Part shown: positions 10,600 to 21,195 of the stretch, one piece after another
Layout of the letters: the number at the start of each line of letters is the position of its first letter
Numbering within the stretch: the first letter of the stretch is position 1
Origin: a virus
Taxonomy: Duplodnaviria; Caudoviricetes
Strand: one strand, 5' to 3'
Length of the DNA: 56,059 nucleotides
IMG/VR virus record: IMGVR_UViG_3300027865_000011
Coordinates: 1 to 56,059 of that record
Notes under the pieces: generated by a model
The model's database searches: none
What the model saw: only the letters and a program-made list of their open reading frames with translations
Told to the model about the DNA's origin: nothing
Position numbers and translations under genes: made by a program

Positions 10600-11430
10600 A
10601 TGTCCTTTGATCCCATACAAGAAGCTTCTACGATCGTTGGGGAGCGAGAGTTCTACATCTTCGATATGGGCGAACTGCCCAACGAGCACTACACAACCCA
10701 CCACGAAGCGGTCACAGAAAGCGACCTCACTGGTGCGCCTGTCACCTGGCAACCATTGCCGATCCTTCGAAGGGGGGTCAAGAAGAAGCACACGGCCCAG
10801 CCGGAAACCACCAAGCTAATCCTTCCTGTGCTCAACAGCTTCGTCTCTTTGGTTGCTCAAGGCGGTTTGGACGCCATCGGCATCACCATCATACGAGGTT
10901 TCGGGGACGACTACGCCAACGACTACCGAAGCCCTTGGTGGGTAGGCTTCTTGCAAGACATCACGGTTAGCACCGACATAATAGAGGGGAACCTGCGTTC
11001 TGTGGAGTCCTTGTTCGAGGACTCTTTCCCTCGGCTCTTTCACCAGCCGGGATGCAACAACACCCTCTTCGATCCTGTTTGTGCTCTCAATCCAGCCTTG
11101 TTCCTGATCACCCGCACGATAACAACTATTGCCGGCGACGGTCGTTTAGTCGATGTCGATGGGGCCATTCCTACCTCTGATTTCTACTCCTTGGGCAGGA
11201 TGCGTCTGGTAGGTTCTGGGGATATTTGGCGACACGTGATTCGCCAAGATGGTTTGCAGTTCATTCTCCATATCCCCATCCTCGGACTTGCTGTGGGTGA
11301 CTCCGTGGACATCCTCCCAGGCTGCGCAAAGCGCGTTCTGGAGGATTGCGTGACCAAGTTCGGCAATAAACCACAGAACGTGTCGATGGCAAATATCCCT
11401 GTGGCCAACCCGGTGATAGACGGCTTCTGA
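10600..11430 (+). CDS. Baseplate hub, phage BR0599/DUF2163 family
   Basis: CNNTLFDPVC and C-terminal PGCAK...DCVTKFGN cysteine pattern. Confidence 0.85.
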   Translation: MSFDPIQEASTIVGEREFYIFDMGELPNEHYTTHHEAVTESDLTGAPVTWQPLPILRRGVKKKHTAQPETTKLILPVLNSFVSLVAQGGLDAIGITIIRGFGDDYANDYRSPWWVGFLQDITVSTDIIEGNLRSVESLFEDSFPRLFHQPGCNNTLFDPVCALNPALFLITRTITTIAGDGRLVDVDGAIPTSDFYSLGRMRLVGSGDIWRHVIRQDGLQFILHIPILGLAVGDSVDILPGCAKRVLEDCVTKFGNKPQNVSMANIPVANPVIDGF

Positions 11431-11924
11431 TGCACGCTAACGAAAGGATCCTCCAAGCGGCTCGTTCCTGGCTCGGGGTCCCGTATCGAAAAGCCGGGAG
11501 AGATCGCCGCCGAGGAGTGGACTGCCTCAACTACGTGGGTCAATGCTTCCTCCAAGCTGGCATATCTCACTCACTGCCGGCTTGGAGGAACTACGAATAC
11601 GGATTCTGGAAAGCTCCTGGAGATGTCATCCTTGCTGCCATCGAGGACGGTCTACGTCTTCTCGGATCCGAGGTAGAGGTGGAGGAGTACCAATCTCTCG
11701 GCCGCGCCGATTGGCGTCCTGGTGATCTGGTTTGTGTTAGTCAAATGGAGGGTTTGAACAAGGCAACCCACGCTGTGATAGTGGAATCGGTTACCTCTCA
11801 TTCCGTTCGTATTCTACATGCTCGACAAGGTTCCGGGGGTTGCGTAGAATCTACTCGAATGCCTCCAAGTTGGCGGATGATCCGCTTGTATAGGTTCTTA
11901 GGATGGGAAGCCCCGGCAAAATAA
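11430..11924 (+). CDS. Tail-associated NlpC/P60 peptidase
   Basis: ARSWLGVPY...GVDC, PGDLV, THAVI: catalytic Cys and His retained. Confidence 0.88.
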   Translation: MHANERILQAARSWLGVPYRKAGRDRRRGVDCLNYVGQCFLQAGISHSLPAWRNYEYGFWKAPGDVILAAIEDGLRLLGSEVEVEEYQSLGRADWRPGDLVCVSQMEGLNKATHAVIVESVTSHSVRILHARQGSGGCVESTRMPPSWRMIRLYRFLGWEAPAK

Positions 11925-14782
11925 TCTTGGGAATCGCTGGCGCAATCGTCGGCTTCGTCGTTGGTGGTCCCGGCGGCGCCGTCGTCGGTTTCAGTTTGGG
12001 GTTCTCTGTTGGGGGTTTGTTGTTCCCTCCGGATATCTCCACGCCCACGCAGACCACAGACAGCTTCAACGTAACAGGAGCTTCTGAAGGATCCCCTCCA
12101 GCGTTCGTGTTGGGTCGCCGGGTAGTCAAGGGCAACATCATCTTCTTCGGCGATGTGGTGACCGAAGAAGTCACAGAAGACCCAGGAAAAGGTGGCGGAG
12201 GGGGTGAATACGTAGTAGAGGTTCGCCCCTACGCTCCTGTGCATATCACGCTCTGCCTGGACACGCTGCTTACCCTACACGAAGTGGCAGACGGGAAGGG
12301 TCGCAACTGGGAACAACTGAACTCGGACGTGGGAGGGGCGCCGCTCCAGATCAGTACCGGAATCGGTACCGACTTCGGGTATCTGCCCGATGCCGTTCCC
12401 ATGCCTGGTGTCACGTCGGTCTACTCCGACGCTCTGTTCCTGGGAGAGAATGCTCGCACCTTCCCTCCTTTGTCGTTCGATGTCTCTGTGCTTCCCGATG
12501 CTACGGTGGGTGACCCCACCTTAGGTCTCTCTTCCGGCGTGAATCCTGCCAATGCTTACTGGCATATTCTAACCAATCTACAATATGGCCTCGGACTTGA
12601 TCCCTCTTCACTGAATCTTGCCAGCTTCCAGGCAGCGTACACCATCTACAAAGACGAAGATAGAGGCCTCAATGTACTCCTCGAGAACGCGACCACTTTC
12701 AAGAGAATGGTTGAGGTTCTCAACTTCCACACGAACTCCATTCTGCGTGTGGACTCTGAAGGTCGCTTAGAGCTCTTCCCCCTTAGGTGGGGCAACTGGA
12801 CCGCGGTTCCTGTTGCTGAATCCGAATGCAAAGATGCTCAAGTTTCGGTGCGCACTTGGGCCTTTGTGGACAATGATTTCGTCGCCACCTTCCCCGACGA
12901 AGCCAATCGCTACACGCAGCGCACCATCCGCCAGAAGAACGAAGCCGTCCAAGAAATGGTAGGCTCCAGCCAAACCAGGACGTACGACTTCCCCTGGTTC
13001 ACCGACATCGACAACGCCACTCGCCGGCTCTCCGAGCTCATGGAAGCGCACTCCTTCCCCGACTCGGTTCTCGCGATCAAGGTGTCCAAGAAGTTCCACG
13101 ACATCCGTCCAGGAAGCGTCATCGCACTGACGCATTCTGCTTACGGATTCGACGGAACCCCGAGCAACGGATACTTCCGAATACTGGAAGTCCAGGACGC
13201 CGACTTTGGGAAAACCGGAATGCTCCTGAAGGGGCTCCAAATCCGTGAGCCTTTGTCGACCAACTACGTTCCTCCTATCCCTGCTCCAGCTCCTCCTATC
13301 CCCATAGTTGACCCTCTGCCTCCTCTCGCAGTAGGTGGGCTCTCCCCCAAATGGCGAAGCCATCGACACCCTCCAGAGATAGGAAGTCCCAAGGGCATCC
13401 CTGCGCCGGCTCCTGGTGCCCCTCCCGGCGGTGGGGGAGCTCCGATCGGAAGCCCCCAACAGCTGTCCCCTCTCGAACCAGAGGCAAATTTCTTCGGCTA
13501 CCCAATGCCATTCTGGGCTGCTCGAGGCGGCGGCCGAGATGTCCTCTACATGATGGAGACCGCGCATGCCAAGACGGCGAATCTCCCAGTAGGAGAAGCC
13601 GGCAGAACCATCTCGAATCGGTGGGCCTTCGGGTTCTACGCTGCGCAAACCATCGGCGCCAAGCAGCACTTCCGGGGCGACGAGCCTTTGCCGGTGTCCC
13701 TGAACGGCTTCTCCGGGCAGCTGCTCCCTGACTTCGGGCTTGACAGCGCGGACGCCAACGGGTTCTTCCGAAAGCAGGAAACTGGCCCTTGGGCGCTACT
13801 CATCGGCAACACGGAGATAGCCCTCTTCGAGCAGATCGTCTTGGTCAATGGCACCGACTACGAGATCTACGGCCTCAAGAGAGGTGCCAACAAGGAATAC
13901 CTCTACGAGTGGCCTACCAACACTCCCCTCTTGGTCATCAACCTCAGGCCCTTCTCCCGCCAGATCGGGCTCCCCCAATCGGAGTGGGCTTTCCGGCAAC
14001 GCTACATCCGGCAAGTCGACTACGACGATCCCACGCTCCTCGCACGCATCCGAACCTTCTTCCAGACCGCTGATCTGGCTGGTCATGTGCAACGCCCTGA
14101 CCAGGGCTGGAACGGTGTGAATGGGGAGACATGGGAAGATCGCGCTGGCGCCATTGCGCACGCCAGCGGCTTCTACGCCCCCGCGAACGAGCATCTGGCC
14201 AACCGAGGCCCTATGCCGACCTGCCAAGCCTACAAGAAGGGCACCAGCGGCTCAGGCGTAGAACGCTCCTGGTACGCCGAAGACAATGGGATAGGGGCCT
14301 CGGGTGACTGGATCGTCGAGCTCCCTCCGTTCCCCGACGACAGCACGGGTATCGGGGACCGCGTGGCCTACGACCAACTCGAAACCGTGGGGGAGCCTTT
14401 CGGGCCTCCTGTCGACCCCTGGGAACGGTTCCACGGGCCAACCGATCTACCTTTCAACGACCATGTAGGAGCCTCTGCTGCGGTCAATGGGCAGCTCTAT
14501 AGGCTCTTCATCATGGCCAACATTACCCAAGATCCTCTCGTGGATACCCCAATCAGAGAGATTGATGTCTCGTTCTCGGGTGCTGAGGTGGAATGGCCTG
14601 CTTTCCTGTATACTGTAGCCCTACAGATCACCGATGGGGTTACGTCCTTGGGCGCAACAATCGCATTTTGGGTGGCTGTTAGGGGGCGGGGCAATCACTT
14701 CTGCCGCCCTCGTCTGGTGGACAAGATTGGCTTCGCATGGCCTCCTCAAGAGGATCCCCTGCTGGCCATCGTACCGAGCTGA
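11903..14782 (+). CDS. Central tail/tip attachment protein (J/megatron-like)
   Basis: N-terminal Gly-rich hydrophobic segment, GNIIF, NPA..WHILTN..YGLG motifs; 959 aa. Confidence 0.82.
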   Translation: MGSPGKIILGIAGAIVGFVVGGPGGAVVGFSLGFSVGGLLFPPDISTPTQTTDSFNVTGASEGSPPAFVLGRRVVKGNIIFFGDVVTEEVTEDPGKGGGGGEYVVEVRPYAPVHITLCLDTLLTLHEVADGKGRNWEQLNSDVGGAPLQISTGIGTDFGYLPDAVPMPGVTSVYSDALFLGENARTFPPLSFDVSVLPDATVGDPTLGLSSGVNPANAYWHILTNLQYGLGLDPSSLNLASFQAAYTIYKDEDRGLNVLLENATTFKRMVEVLNFHTNSILRVDSEGRLELFPLRWGNWTAVPVAESECKDAQVSVRTWAFVDNDFVATFPDEANRYTQRTIRQKNEAVQEMVGSSQTRTYDFPWFTDIDNATRRLSELMEAHSFPDSVLAIKVSKKFHDIRPGSVIALTHSAYGFDGTPSNGYFRILEVQDADFGKTGMLLKGLQIREPLSTNYVPPIPAPAPPIPIVDPLPPLAVGGLSPKWRSHRHPPEIGSPKGIPAPAPGAPPGGGGAPIGSPQQLSPLEPEANFFGYPMPFWAARGGGRDVLYMMETAHAKTANLPVGEAGRTISNRWAFGFYAAQTIGAKQHFRGDEPLPVSLNGFSGQLLPDFGLDSADANGFFRKQETGPWALLIGNTEIALFEQIVLVNGTDYEIYGLKRGANKEYLYEWPTNTPLLVINLRPFSRQIGLPQSEWAFRQRYIRQVDYDDPTLLARIRTFFQTADLAGHVQRPDQGWNGVNGETWEDRAGAIAHASGFYAPANEHLANRGPMPTCQAYKKGTSGSGVERSWYAEDNGIGASGDWIVELPPFPDDSTGIGDRVAYDQLETVGEPFGPPVDPWERFHGPTDLPFNDHVGASAAVNGQLYRLFIMANITQDPLVDTPIREIDVSFSGAEVEWPAFLYTVALQITDGVTSLGATIAFWVAVRGRGNHFCRPRLVDKIGFAWPPQEDPLLAIVPS

Positions 14783-14785
14783 ACC

Positions 14786-15238
14786 ATGATAGGAGACGGA
14801 AGACTACAACTGACCGAGGCGGCCCCGGGTTCACAGACCTGGCTCGCGCAGCTCAACGCGAACATGCTGGTGCTGAACGACACTTCGCCGGCGCAGTGGT
14901 TGGCCACCGCCGGGGAGACCATTTCAGCCGGGGACATAGTCGCTCTCGAGAGCGATGGCCTGTTCTACCTGGCGGACAGCAACCACGCATCCGTCCCTCG
15001 TAGAAACGCCTTCGGCGTCGCTTTGTCGGACGCGGCCTCTTCCGCGACCTTTGTTGTGCGGCTCCGGGGCCCTCTTGAGTCGACAGCTCATGGCTTCTCG
15101 CTCGCCAGCATTCTCTACCTATCAGAGACCGCGGGAGCCTTTACCACGACCCCGCCCACGACTCCTCGTATCGTGGGGATGGTGCTAACGGCCAATCTCT
15201 TGTGGCTGGATTGTCCTCGTAGTTGGGCTGCTGCATGA
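14786..15238 (+). CDS. Small virion protein (DUF2190/cement-like)
   Basis: AGETISAGDIV...YLAD, LYLSETAG motifs. Confidence 0.55.
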   Translation: MIGDGRLQLTEAAPGSQTWLAQLNANMLVLNDTSPAQWLATAGETISAGDIVALESDGLFYLADSNHASVPRRNAFGVALSDAASSATFVVRLRGPLESTAHGFSLASILYLSETAGAFTTTPPTTPRIVGMVLTANLLWLDCPRSWAAA

Positions 15239-15279
15239 TCGATCATTCGAACAGCGGATCTTGCTCGCTGTGTCTGCCT

Positions 15280-15320
15280 GGGGCGGCGGCTCCTTTTCGC
15301 GGCCGTCGCCCCTCCTTTTT
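15280..15320 (+). terminator. Intrinsic terminator
   Basis: GGGGCGGCGGC...GCCGTCGCCCC stem, then TCCTTTTT. Confidence 0.7.
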
Positions 15321-15331
15321 GAGGTACCTCT

Positions 15332-16435
15332 ATGCCTGATCCTCCACTCCCAGGCCTCGGGGAACACGTTGGTGGTCGATACTATCAACTGACCAAGGGG
15401 TCTTTCGGCGAAGCCGGCTCCGCTGTTGATGTTTCCCGAACCAATCCTCAACCAGTCGATGACTGGAAACTGGAGATCCCAAGAGGCAACCGCCCCGGTC
15501 TGTCTCCAATGATCAAGTTCGGCGAAAATCCGAACATCAACAATAGCGGAGACTTCTTCCATCTTTGGGATGCTACGGGGCTCTACGCTCCTCCCACTAT
15601 TCCGCGTATCCACAATGTGGCATCCGACAACGCCGCTGATGCAGGAAACACCATCGTCAGTGGTACCGCAACTGGTGGCTCTGTACTCACCCTCGTAGAT
15701 ACCTCAGAAAACTTCGTAACTGCGGGGGTCGTAGCTGGTGATATCGTCCTGAGCGATACCAACTGTGATATTGGAATCGTTTCCTCCGTGGCCACGGACA
15801 CTCTCACGGTCAATGGTTTCCGAGACCCCGAAACGGGCTTTTTCGGCGACGCGATCTCTGCTGGTGATAGCTATCGAGTGGTCCACGAAGGCTCGACGGG
15901 TGCCTGTGTCGTTTATCTGCAAGGGCTGGACTCTTCCTTCTTGTTGGTGAATGAGTTCGTCGTCCTGAACGGTATCTCCGATGTGGCCACGGTAAACAGC
16001 TACATTCGCCAATACCGTGCTCGTTCTTTTGGGACTACCAGAGTCGCGACATTGGTGGGTGTACTGACCTCCACTGCCGTAGGAGACGGTACTGTCTCCT
16101 GTCAAATCAACGATGGCAAAAATCAGACCCAGATGGCCATCTACACGATACCCTTTGACAAGAACGCCTACATCCTCCAGTGGTGGGGGTCTTTGTCGAA
16201 GGCTGTAAACGCCATTTCCATCATCAATCTTCGTGTTGGCCAGCTTGATGGTTTCGGCTACATCGTGCAGCCCTGGTCGCTCTCTGCCTCTGGTCAGTCT
16301 AGCTTCTGCTACGAGTGGGGGACCCGTCTACCGCTCCCTGGCGGTGCTGATATCTGGATAGAGGCCAACTCCAACCTTCCAAGCACCGGCGTATCCGGTG
16401 GTTTCGATATCATCCTGGTTGACAAGGTATCCTGA
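15332..16435 (+). CDS. Putative structural protein
   Basis: GAGG RBS; 367 aa, Gly/Thr/Val-rich; KFGENP...W...Y and TGA..V.LQGLD...E...LNG motifs. Confidence 0.55.
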   Translation: MPDPPLPGLGEHVGGRYYQLTKGSFGEAGSAVDVSRTNPQPVDDWKLEIPRGNRPGLSPMIKFGENPNINNSGDFFHLWDATGLYAPPTIPRIHNVASDNAADAGNTIVSGTATGGSVLTLVDTSENFVTAGVVAGDIVLSDTNCDIGIVSSVATDTLTVNGFRDPETGFFGDAISAGDSYRVVHEGSTGACVVYLQGLDSSFLLVNEFVVLNGISDVATVNSYIRQYRARSFGTTRVATLVGVLTSTAVGDGTVSCQINDGKNQTQMAIYTIPFDKNAYILQWWGSLSKAVNAISIINLRVGQLDGFGYIVQPWSLSASGQSSFCYEWGTRLPLPGGADIWIEANSNLPSTGVSGGFDIILVDKVS

Positions 16436-16436
16436 C

Positions 16437-18296
16437 ATGTCCAACGACATCTACATCGACTCTGTAACCGGGGATGCCGGTGGAGATGGCTCCGCTCGCA
16501 GTCCCTACCAGGCCTACTCCACGGCCCTCGCGGCCGGCATCTCGTCCGGCGACACCGTCTGGGTTCGTGGTTCTCTCGCCGAGCAGATCAGCCTCCTCGG
16601 GGGTGTGACCTACCGCAAGTGGGGTTCCGCTCGCTTCGTGGTCACTGGCGGTGGTGCTCGAACCTACTGCATGCACGCGGAAGACGGCTCCTCGGGATGG
16701 ACCGTGATCGGTGCTGAGTTGACGGCCGCCACTTCTCACGGCTTCGCTCTCGTGGGCTCTGGTAGTGGTCGCTTCTTCGGTTGCTACTCCCACGCGAACC
16801 CGGCCGGGAACGGCTTCGGCTCGGTGGCCTCCACCGCAGATGGAGAAGTCCACTTCTACGGCTGCATCACGGACAACAACCTTGACGGTTTCAGCGCGGT
16901 CAACACGGCCAAGTTCGTGTGCTACGACTGCGCGGCCACCACCGAGACCAATGGCTTCGAAGCCCTCGACGATGCCAACCTGAAAGCCTTCCGTTGTGTG
17001 GCCACCACCTGCGCAATCGCTTTCAACCTTCGCCACAACTCCGGTAGGGCCATCCTTGCCGGCTGTCAAGCCTACCTCTGCCAGGACAGCTTCCTCCATA
17101 TCCCCAGCTCCACCTCCCTGACCACCGCCATGGCGCAGCCCTCCACGTTGGCCTATGCCTGCGCGGGGGGCCTGGGCATTGCACCCTCCGCCGAAGCCGC
17201 GGGGTTCGTTGTGTCCGAAGGAGCGCATATGGACGTGCTCTCCTGCTCCGTCTACAACGCAGGGGACACGGTGGCCAGCAACCTTCTCATCTCCTTCGAT
17301 TGTCGGGACGCGGCCAACGCTGGGGGCATGGTCACGACCATTCGTGTCCTGGGGTGTGCCACCCACACCTTGGTGGATGTGCAGGCCTACCACGGGCGCG
17401 CATTCACTCCGGCGAATGTCCTGGATTGGGACTACAACGCCTATACCAGCGTCTCTGGTGATCGCTTCCTGATCGGAGCCGTTGCCAAGACTTTCGCCGA
17501 GTGGCAAGACGAGGCCAACCTGGATAGCGGCTCCTTCCAGTTCACCGCCGTGATGGTGGGGCCTCCGGTGAGCGAGGCCACGTTGCTGAATGCTCGGCTG
17601 ACTCCCACCACGGGCCCCGACACCCCCTTCGTCCCCAATCTCCAAACCTTGCTCGAGAGCAAGGGCCTGTCCTCGATCTGGACAGAACTGGCCTGGGCAA
17701 CTCCCGCCATTGTCGCTCGTGATCGGGATTTGGCGAACGCCAATCGCCGGGTCTTCGCATTCTCCGCTTCGATGGCCTTCTCCGCTGTCGCGGGGGGTGT
17801 CTTCGACGTCACCGAAGAGCTCTGGTTCCCCGGAGCCTTCCAGGAAGGCATCCTGGCCGGGACAGATACCGAAGTCCATGTCAACGCATCCGCCAATGGT
17901 GGCACCCTGCTCCTCGTAGACCGGGACTTCAACACGGCTCTGCTGGATCTCCGGATCAACAGGGAATCCGTCGCTGGTGATCGCTCCCGCCGCGTGGTGA
18001 TCATCGGAGGTTTCGTGACCCAGAACGCCATCACGGTCCCCACGAAGGTGGTGATCTGGGCGGGGAAGAAAGCCGCTGGCTTGCCTGTGGCAGTGGCCAT
18101 GTTGACCTACGCTCAGCAGATCCCAGAGAGGGCTCTTCCGCCCGGGATGGATGCCTACTTGGAAGTCGGCGATCCTGGGGTGGCCGTGCAAGGCGTTGGG
18201 GAGATCAACTACCGGATCGAGACCGTGGACGACGTCGACGGCCTCGCCGGTCCCAAGCCAGTCGGCGTCGGTCTCACTGCTGCGCGGCTGTCCTGA
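16437..18296 (+). CDS. Right-handed beta-helix protein (tailspike/depolymerase-like)
   Basis: IYIDSVTGDAGGDGSARSPY N-terminus and repeated N..GF / C.A..N..GF rungs. Confidence 0.7.
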   Translation: MSNDIYIDSVTGDAGGDGSARSPYQAYSTALAAGISSGDTVWVRGSLAEQISLLGGVTYRKWGSARFVVTGGGARTYCMHAEDGSSGWTVIGAELTAATSHGFALVGSGSGRFFGCYSHANPAGNGFGSVASTADGEVHFYGCITDNNLDGFSAVNTAKFVCYDCAATTETNGFEALDDANLKAFRCVATTCAIAFNLRHNSGRAILAGCQAYLCQDSFLHIPSSTSLTTAMAQPSTLAYACAGGLGIAPSAEAAGFVVSEGAHMDVLSCSVYNAGDTVASNLLISFDCRDAANAGGMVTTIRVLGCATHTLVDVQAYHGRAFTPANVLDWDYNAYTSVSGDRFLIGAVAKTFAEWQDEANLDSGSFQFTAVMVGPPVSEATLLNARLTPTTGPDTPFVPNLQTLLESKGLSSIWTELAWATPAIVARDRDLANANRRVFAFSASMAFSAVAGGVFDVTEELWFPGAFQEGILAGTDTEVHVNASANGGTLLLVDRDFNTALLDLRINRESVAGDRSRRVVIIGGFVTQNAITVPTKVVIWAGKKAAGLPVAVAMLTYAQQIPERALPPGMDAYLEVGDPGVAVQGVGEINYRIETVDDVDGLAGPKPVGVGLTAARLS

Positions 18297-19236
18297 GCCT
18301 GAGCACTGTCCGGCAACGCCCATGGAAGGGGGGCACCCCCAGCGCGTGCCGGCTGAACACCTCTTCCGCGGTTCCGTCTTGCAGCTGCGCCTCCTTCGAG
18401 GAGATCAAAGGCAGCGCGTCTTTGGCGTCCGCAACATCCCCTCTGGATTGGCTGAGGTAGTAATTCTGGAATCGCCCAAGAAGTCCTTGGGTCGCGACCA
18501 CTCGACCATGGATGGCCCGGCAGAAGGACGTCGTGCTCGAGTCCGGGCCCCCGCCGGCGGGGTTATTGAACAGTATCAGCTCCTGGATCCCCGCGGCCGA
18601 GGCGGCCGCTACGACCCCTGCATTGAAGGTCCGGTAGGCCCAAAGATCCGTGATGTAATCGCTCACCGTGCCCTTCGGGTCCCCGACGACATCGGCGACG
18701 TCCGCCAGAAGAGCCTCCAGATCCTCTGTGCGCTCCTCGGGGGGTGAGGCGGCCCAAGCCTCGAGCAGCTCGCGCAGAGGCTCCTCCCGCTCCCGCAGCC
18801 TCTGCCTGAGCCAGAAATGCAGATCGTTGGCTGCGCTCCGCTCCAAAGCCAAGAATCTCGGGTCGAAAGTGACCCTCTCGAGCTGCCCGATGCTGCGGGC
18901 CCCCGCCTCGAGTAGTCGCCGGGTCGCCGGGAGCAGCACGCTGCTCTCCAAGCTCTCCTGATCGAAGGCCACGAAGAGCGAGAGCAAGAATGCGACGACG
19001 ACGTCCTGCTGGAAATCCTCCTGCCGGACGGCCGCAAGGCTCTCCGCCTGGGCGAGCAGCTCGCCGAGGGCCCTCTCAGCTCCCAGGGCCCAGAGCCTCT
19101 CGACCAGCGAGGCCAAGAGCTGAATCTCGAACTGAACCTCGGGGATGTCCTCCTTGCGGAGCCTCTCGTCGGTCGCCGCACCCAACGCTCTAGCCAGCGT
19201 GTGGCGCCTCATCAGCAGTTTCAGATCCAGTTCCAT
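18274..19236 (-). CDS. Head morphogenesis protein (Mu gpF/SPP1 gp7 family)
   Basis: D..TTSFCRAIHG and PPFHGRCRT motifs. Confidence 0.85.
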   Translation of the reverse strand: MELDLKLLMRRHTLARALGAATDERLRKEDIPEVQFEIQLLASLVERLWALGAERALGELLAQAESLAAVRQEDFQQDVVVAFLLSLFVAFDQESLESSVLLPATRRLLEAGARSIGQLERVTFDPRFLALERSAANDLHFWLRQRLREREEPLRELLEAWAASPPEERTEDLEALLADVADVVGDPKGTVSDYITDLWAYRTFNAGVVAAASAAGIQELILFNNPAGGGPDSSTTSFCRAIHGRVVATQGLLGRFQNYYLSQSRGDVADAKDALPLISSKEAQLQDGTAEEVFSRHALGVPPFHGRCRTVLRLRTAAQQ

Positions 19237-19420
19237 CCTGTTCCTTTCGCAGTCTCTGGGCCAGCTTGTAGGCGCTTTCCCTGCCGGGATGCTTCACGAG
19301 TATGTAAGTGCTGGTGTGTCTGCAATTCGTGCAGCGTCTCTCCTGGGTTTTCGCTCTGCCTGCCTGGAAGGTCTTCTTGACCCTCATCAGACCTATACCG
19401 CAGGCTTCGCAGATCATCAT
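19190..19420 (-). CDS. Small zinc-ribbon protein
   Basis: MICEAC...RRCTNCRH (two CxxC); ATGA overlap with terminase stop. Confidence 0.6.
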   Translation of the reverse strand: MMICEACGIGLMRVKKTFQAGRAKTQERRCTNCRHTSTYILVKHPGRESAYKLAQRLRKEQDGTGSETADEAPHAG

Positions 19421-20790
19421 CCCGCTACTCTCCCCTGCATGGCCAACATGTCGTAGAACGTCATGACCATCGCATCGGCATGATCTGGGGAACCCGCTTG
19501 CACCCTCTTGCGGTACTCCTCTTTGGACTCGACCTTGATCTTGCCTTTGAGCGTCATCGCATACTGGCGGCTGGAGAGCTCCTCTATGAGCTGTGGGTCG
19601 TTTGGGATATGGCAATCTCTCTGTCTGACGTACTTCGCCATGCTGAAAAACGCCTCTGTGACCTTGTCATGGTACTCGCTGCTTGTAGGTTTCCCTCCAA
19701 AATGGAACTCGTGGGTCTGTTTCCGGTTGTTGTGGAAGTGGTGCAAGAGGCCTTGGCCTACGCCACCCGCGTCCACGACGTACCAGCAATCTCGATTCTC
19801 CCAACCAAAGCTGCCTTGGTCTGCAAAGACCTGAGCTATGATCTTGTCCGGTTCGGCTTTGTAGTGGATCCTCTGGCCCACCACCGCGTGCCCGCTGCGC
19901 CGATACGCCACCGAAGCATCATCCCCGTAGCGGGCAAAGTCCATCCCGAACTGCTTGGTCGAAGATCTCCTGACCATATCCATCTTGTCGGTTCGGGCGC
20001 AGGCCTCGAGATCGTCGGACGACATGACGCAGTTAGGATCTGATTGTGGGAACTCTCCGAGGACCCGCACCCGATAGACGTCGCTGTCTGTGCCGTAGAG
20101 ATCCGCGAGCCGTCGGACGTTCTCCTTGTCCACGATGGGGCTCTCTTCTGCATTCAGGGTGAGCGTCCACCACTTCCTGCGATCTCGATTGAAGCAATCG
20201 AAGAAGGAGCTGTCCCGCGTGTTTGGGTTGCCGATCATCAAGAGCATCTTGTCGGTGTTCGACAGCGTCCCCAGGATCGTCTCGATGATGTTCCGAGCTA
20301 CGCCAGAGGCCTCGTCCACGATGAAGGAGAGGTGGTCGTTGTGCCAGCCCTGCATGTTCTCGGGCTTGCTGGCCGACGCGAGCTTGATGCCCCAGTCCTC
20401 GACCCCGAGGATCTCGATCTCCGTCGCCCGCACCTCGAAGAACTTCCGAATCTCAGGGTGGGCCTTCATCACCCGCCCCCGGGCTTCTGCAAGCCATACC
20501 TCTTTGCACTGCCGCATGGTGGGGGCCGTGACGACTGTCAAAGCCATGAAGTGGCGAAAAGCCTTCCAAAGCCCCGCGATGGTCGCAAGTGTAGTCTTCC
20601 CCGGGCCTTGGCCACTTTTGATGGCCATATGCGTAGGCTTGCCGTAGTAAACCTGGCTCTGTATCGCGGACAACACAGGAACCTGCTGGGCTGTCGGCTC
20701 GAAGTTGAAGCCTCGGCAGAACGCAAAGATGTCGTTTCTGGCGCGGTTGTAGAACTTCAAGAAATCAGCCGATGCTCGGGAAAGATACAC
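19417..20790 (-). CDS. terL: Terminase large subunit
   Basis: SGQGPGKT Walker A, IVDEASG Walker B, IGNP, GMDFARYGDD and SPDHADA nuclease motifs. Confidence 0.95.
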   Translation of the reverse strand: MYLSRASADFLKFYNRARNDIFAFCRGFNFEPTAQQVPVLSAIQSQVYYGKPTHMAIKSGQGPGKTTLATIAGLWKAFRHFMALTVVTAPTMRQCKEVWLAEARGRVMKAHPEIRKFFEVRATEIEILGVEDWGIKLASASKPENMQGWHNDHLSFIVDEASGVARNIIETILGTLSNTDKMLLMIGNPNTRDSSFFDCFNRDRRKWWTLTLNAEESPIVDKENVRRLADLYGTDSDVYRVRVLGEFPQSDPNCVMSSDDLEACARTDKMDMVRRSSTKQFGMDFARYGDDASVAYRRSGHAVVGQRIHYKAEPDKIIAQVFADQGSFGWENRDCWYVVDAGGVGQGLLHHFHNNRKQTHEFHFGGKPTSSEYHDKVTEAFFSMAKYVRQRDCHIPNDPQLIEELSSRQYAMTLKGKIKVESKEEYRKRVQAGSPDHADAMVMTFYDMLAMQGRVAG

Positions 20791-20802
20791 TTGCCATCGC
20801 TC

Positions 20803-21180
20803 CTATTTGATATCTCCTATATGTTGACCGACTTCGTCTAACTTCCCGTCGATCTTGTCCATCACATCAGCGATCCTCATCAGCGCTTCGGCCAACTTCC
20901 CTTGGGCTTCCGCGCATTGAAGGACCGCCTGTTCCAGGCTTCTCTTGACGTACCAGACAGGGACACCGTCGGCATCTCGGTGGTTGTGGATGTCCACCAA
21001 CCACTGCATCTGCACGCGCAAGCCCTCCCAGTTCTTCTTCTCGTCCGTCTGGAGGACACACTTTGAAGCTGTGGAAGAGCTCTTGCTTGCGCGGCTCACG
21101 AAAGGCTTCAGCTCTCGCAGAAGCAGAATCGTGAAGACCCCGAAAGCTCCTATCCCGGTTACGTCCATCTCGGGCAGCAT
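20803..21180 (-). CDS. Membrane-anchored protein (holin-like candidate)
   Basis: N-terminal TM segment GIGAFGVFTILLL, C-terminal coiled coil. Confidence 0.45.
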   Translation of the reverse strand: MLPEMDVTGIGAFGVFTILLLRELKPFVSRASKSSSTASKCVLQTDEKKNWEGLRVQMQWLVDIHNHRDADGVPVWYVKRSLEQAVLQCAEAQGKLAEALMRIADVMDKIDGKLDEVGQHIGDIK

Positions 21181-21195
21181 ATCGTGTCAAGTTCC

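Noticed and set aside
16410-18323. Long antisense ORFs (also 6239-7285, 33465-34712, 34682-36367)
   Set aside because: Shadows of well-supported genes in GC-rich DNA; no motifs
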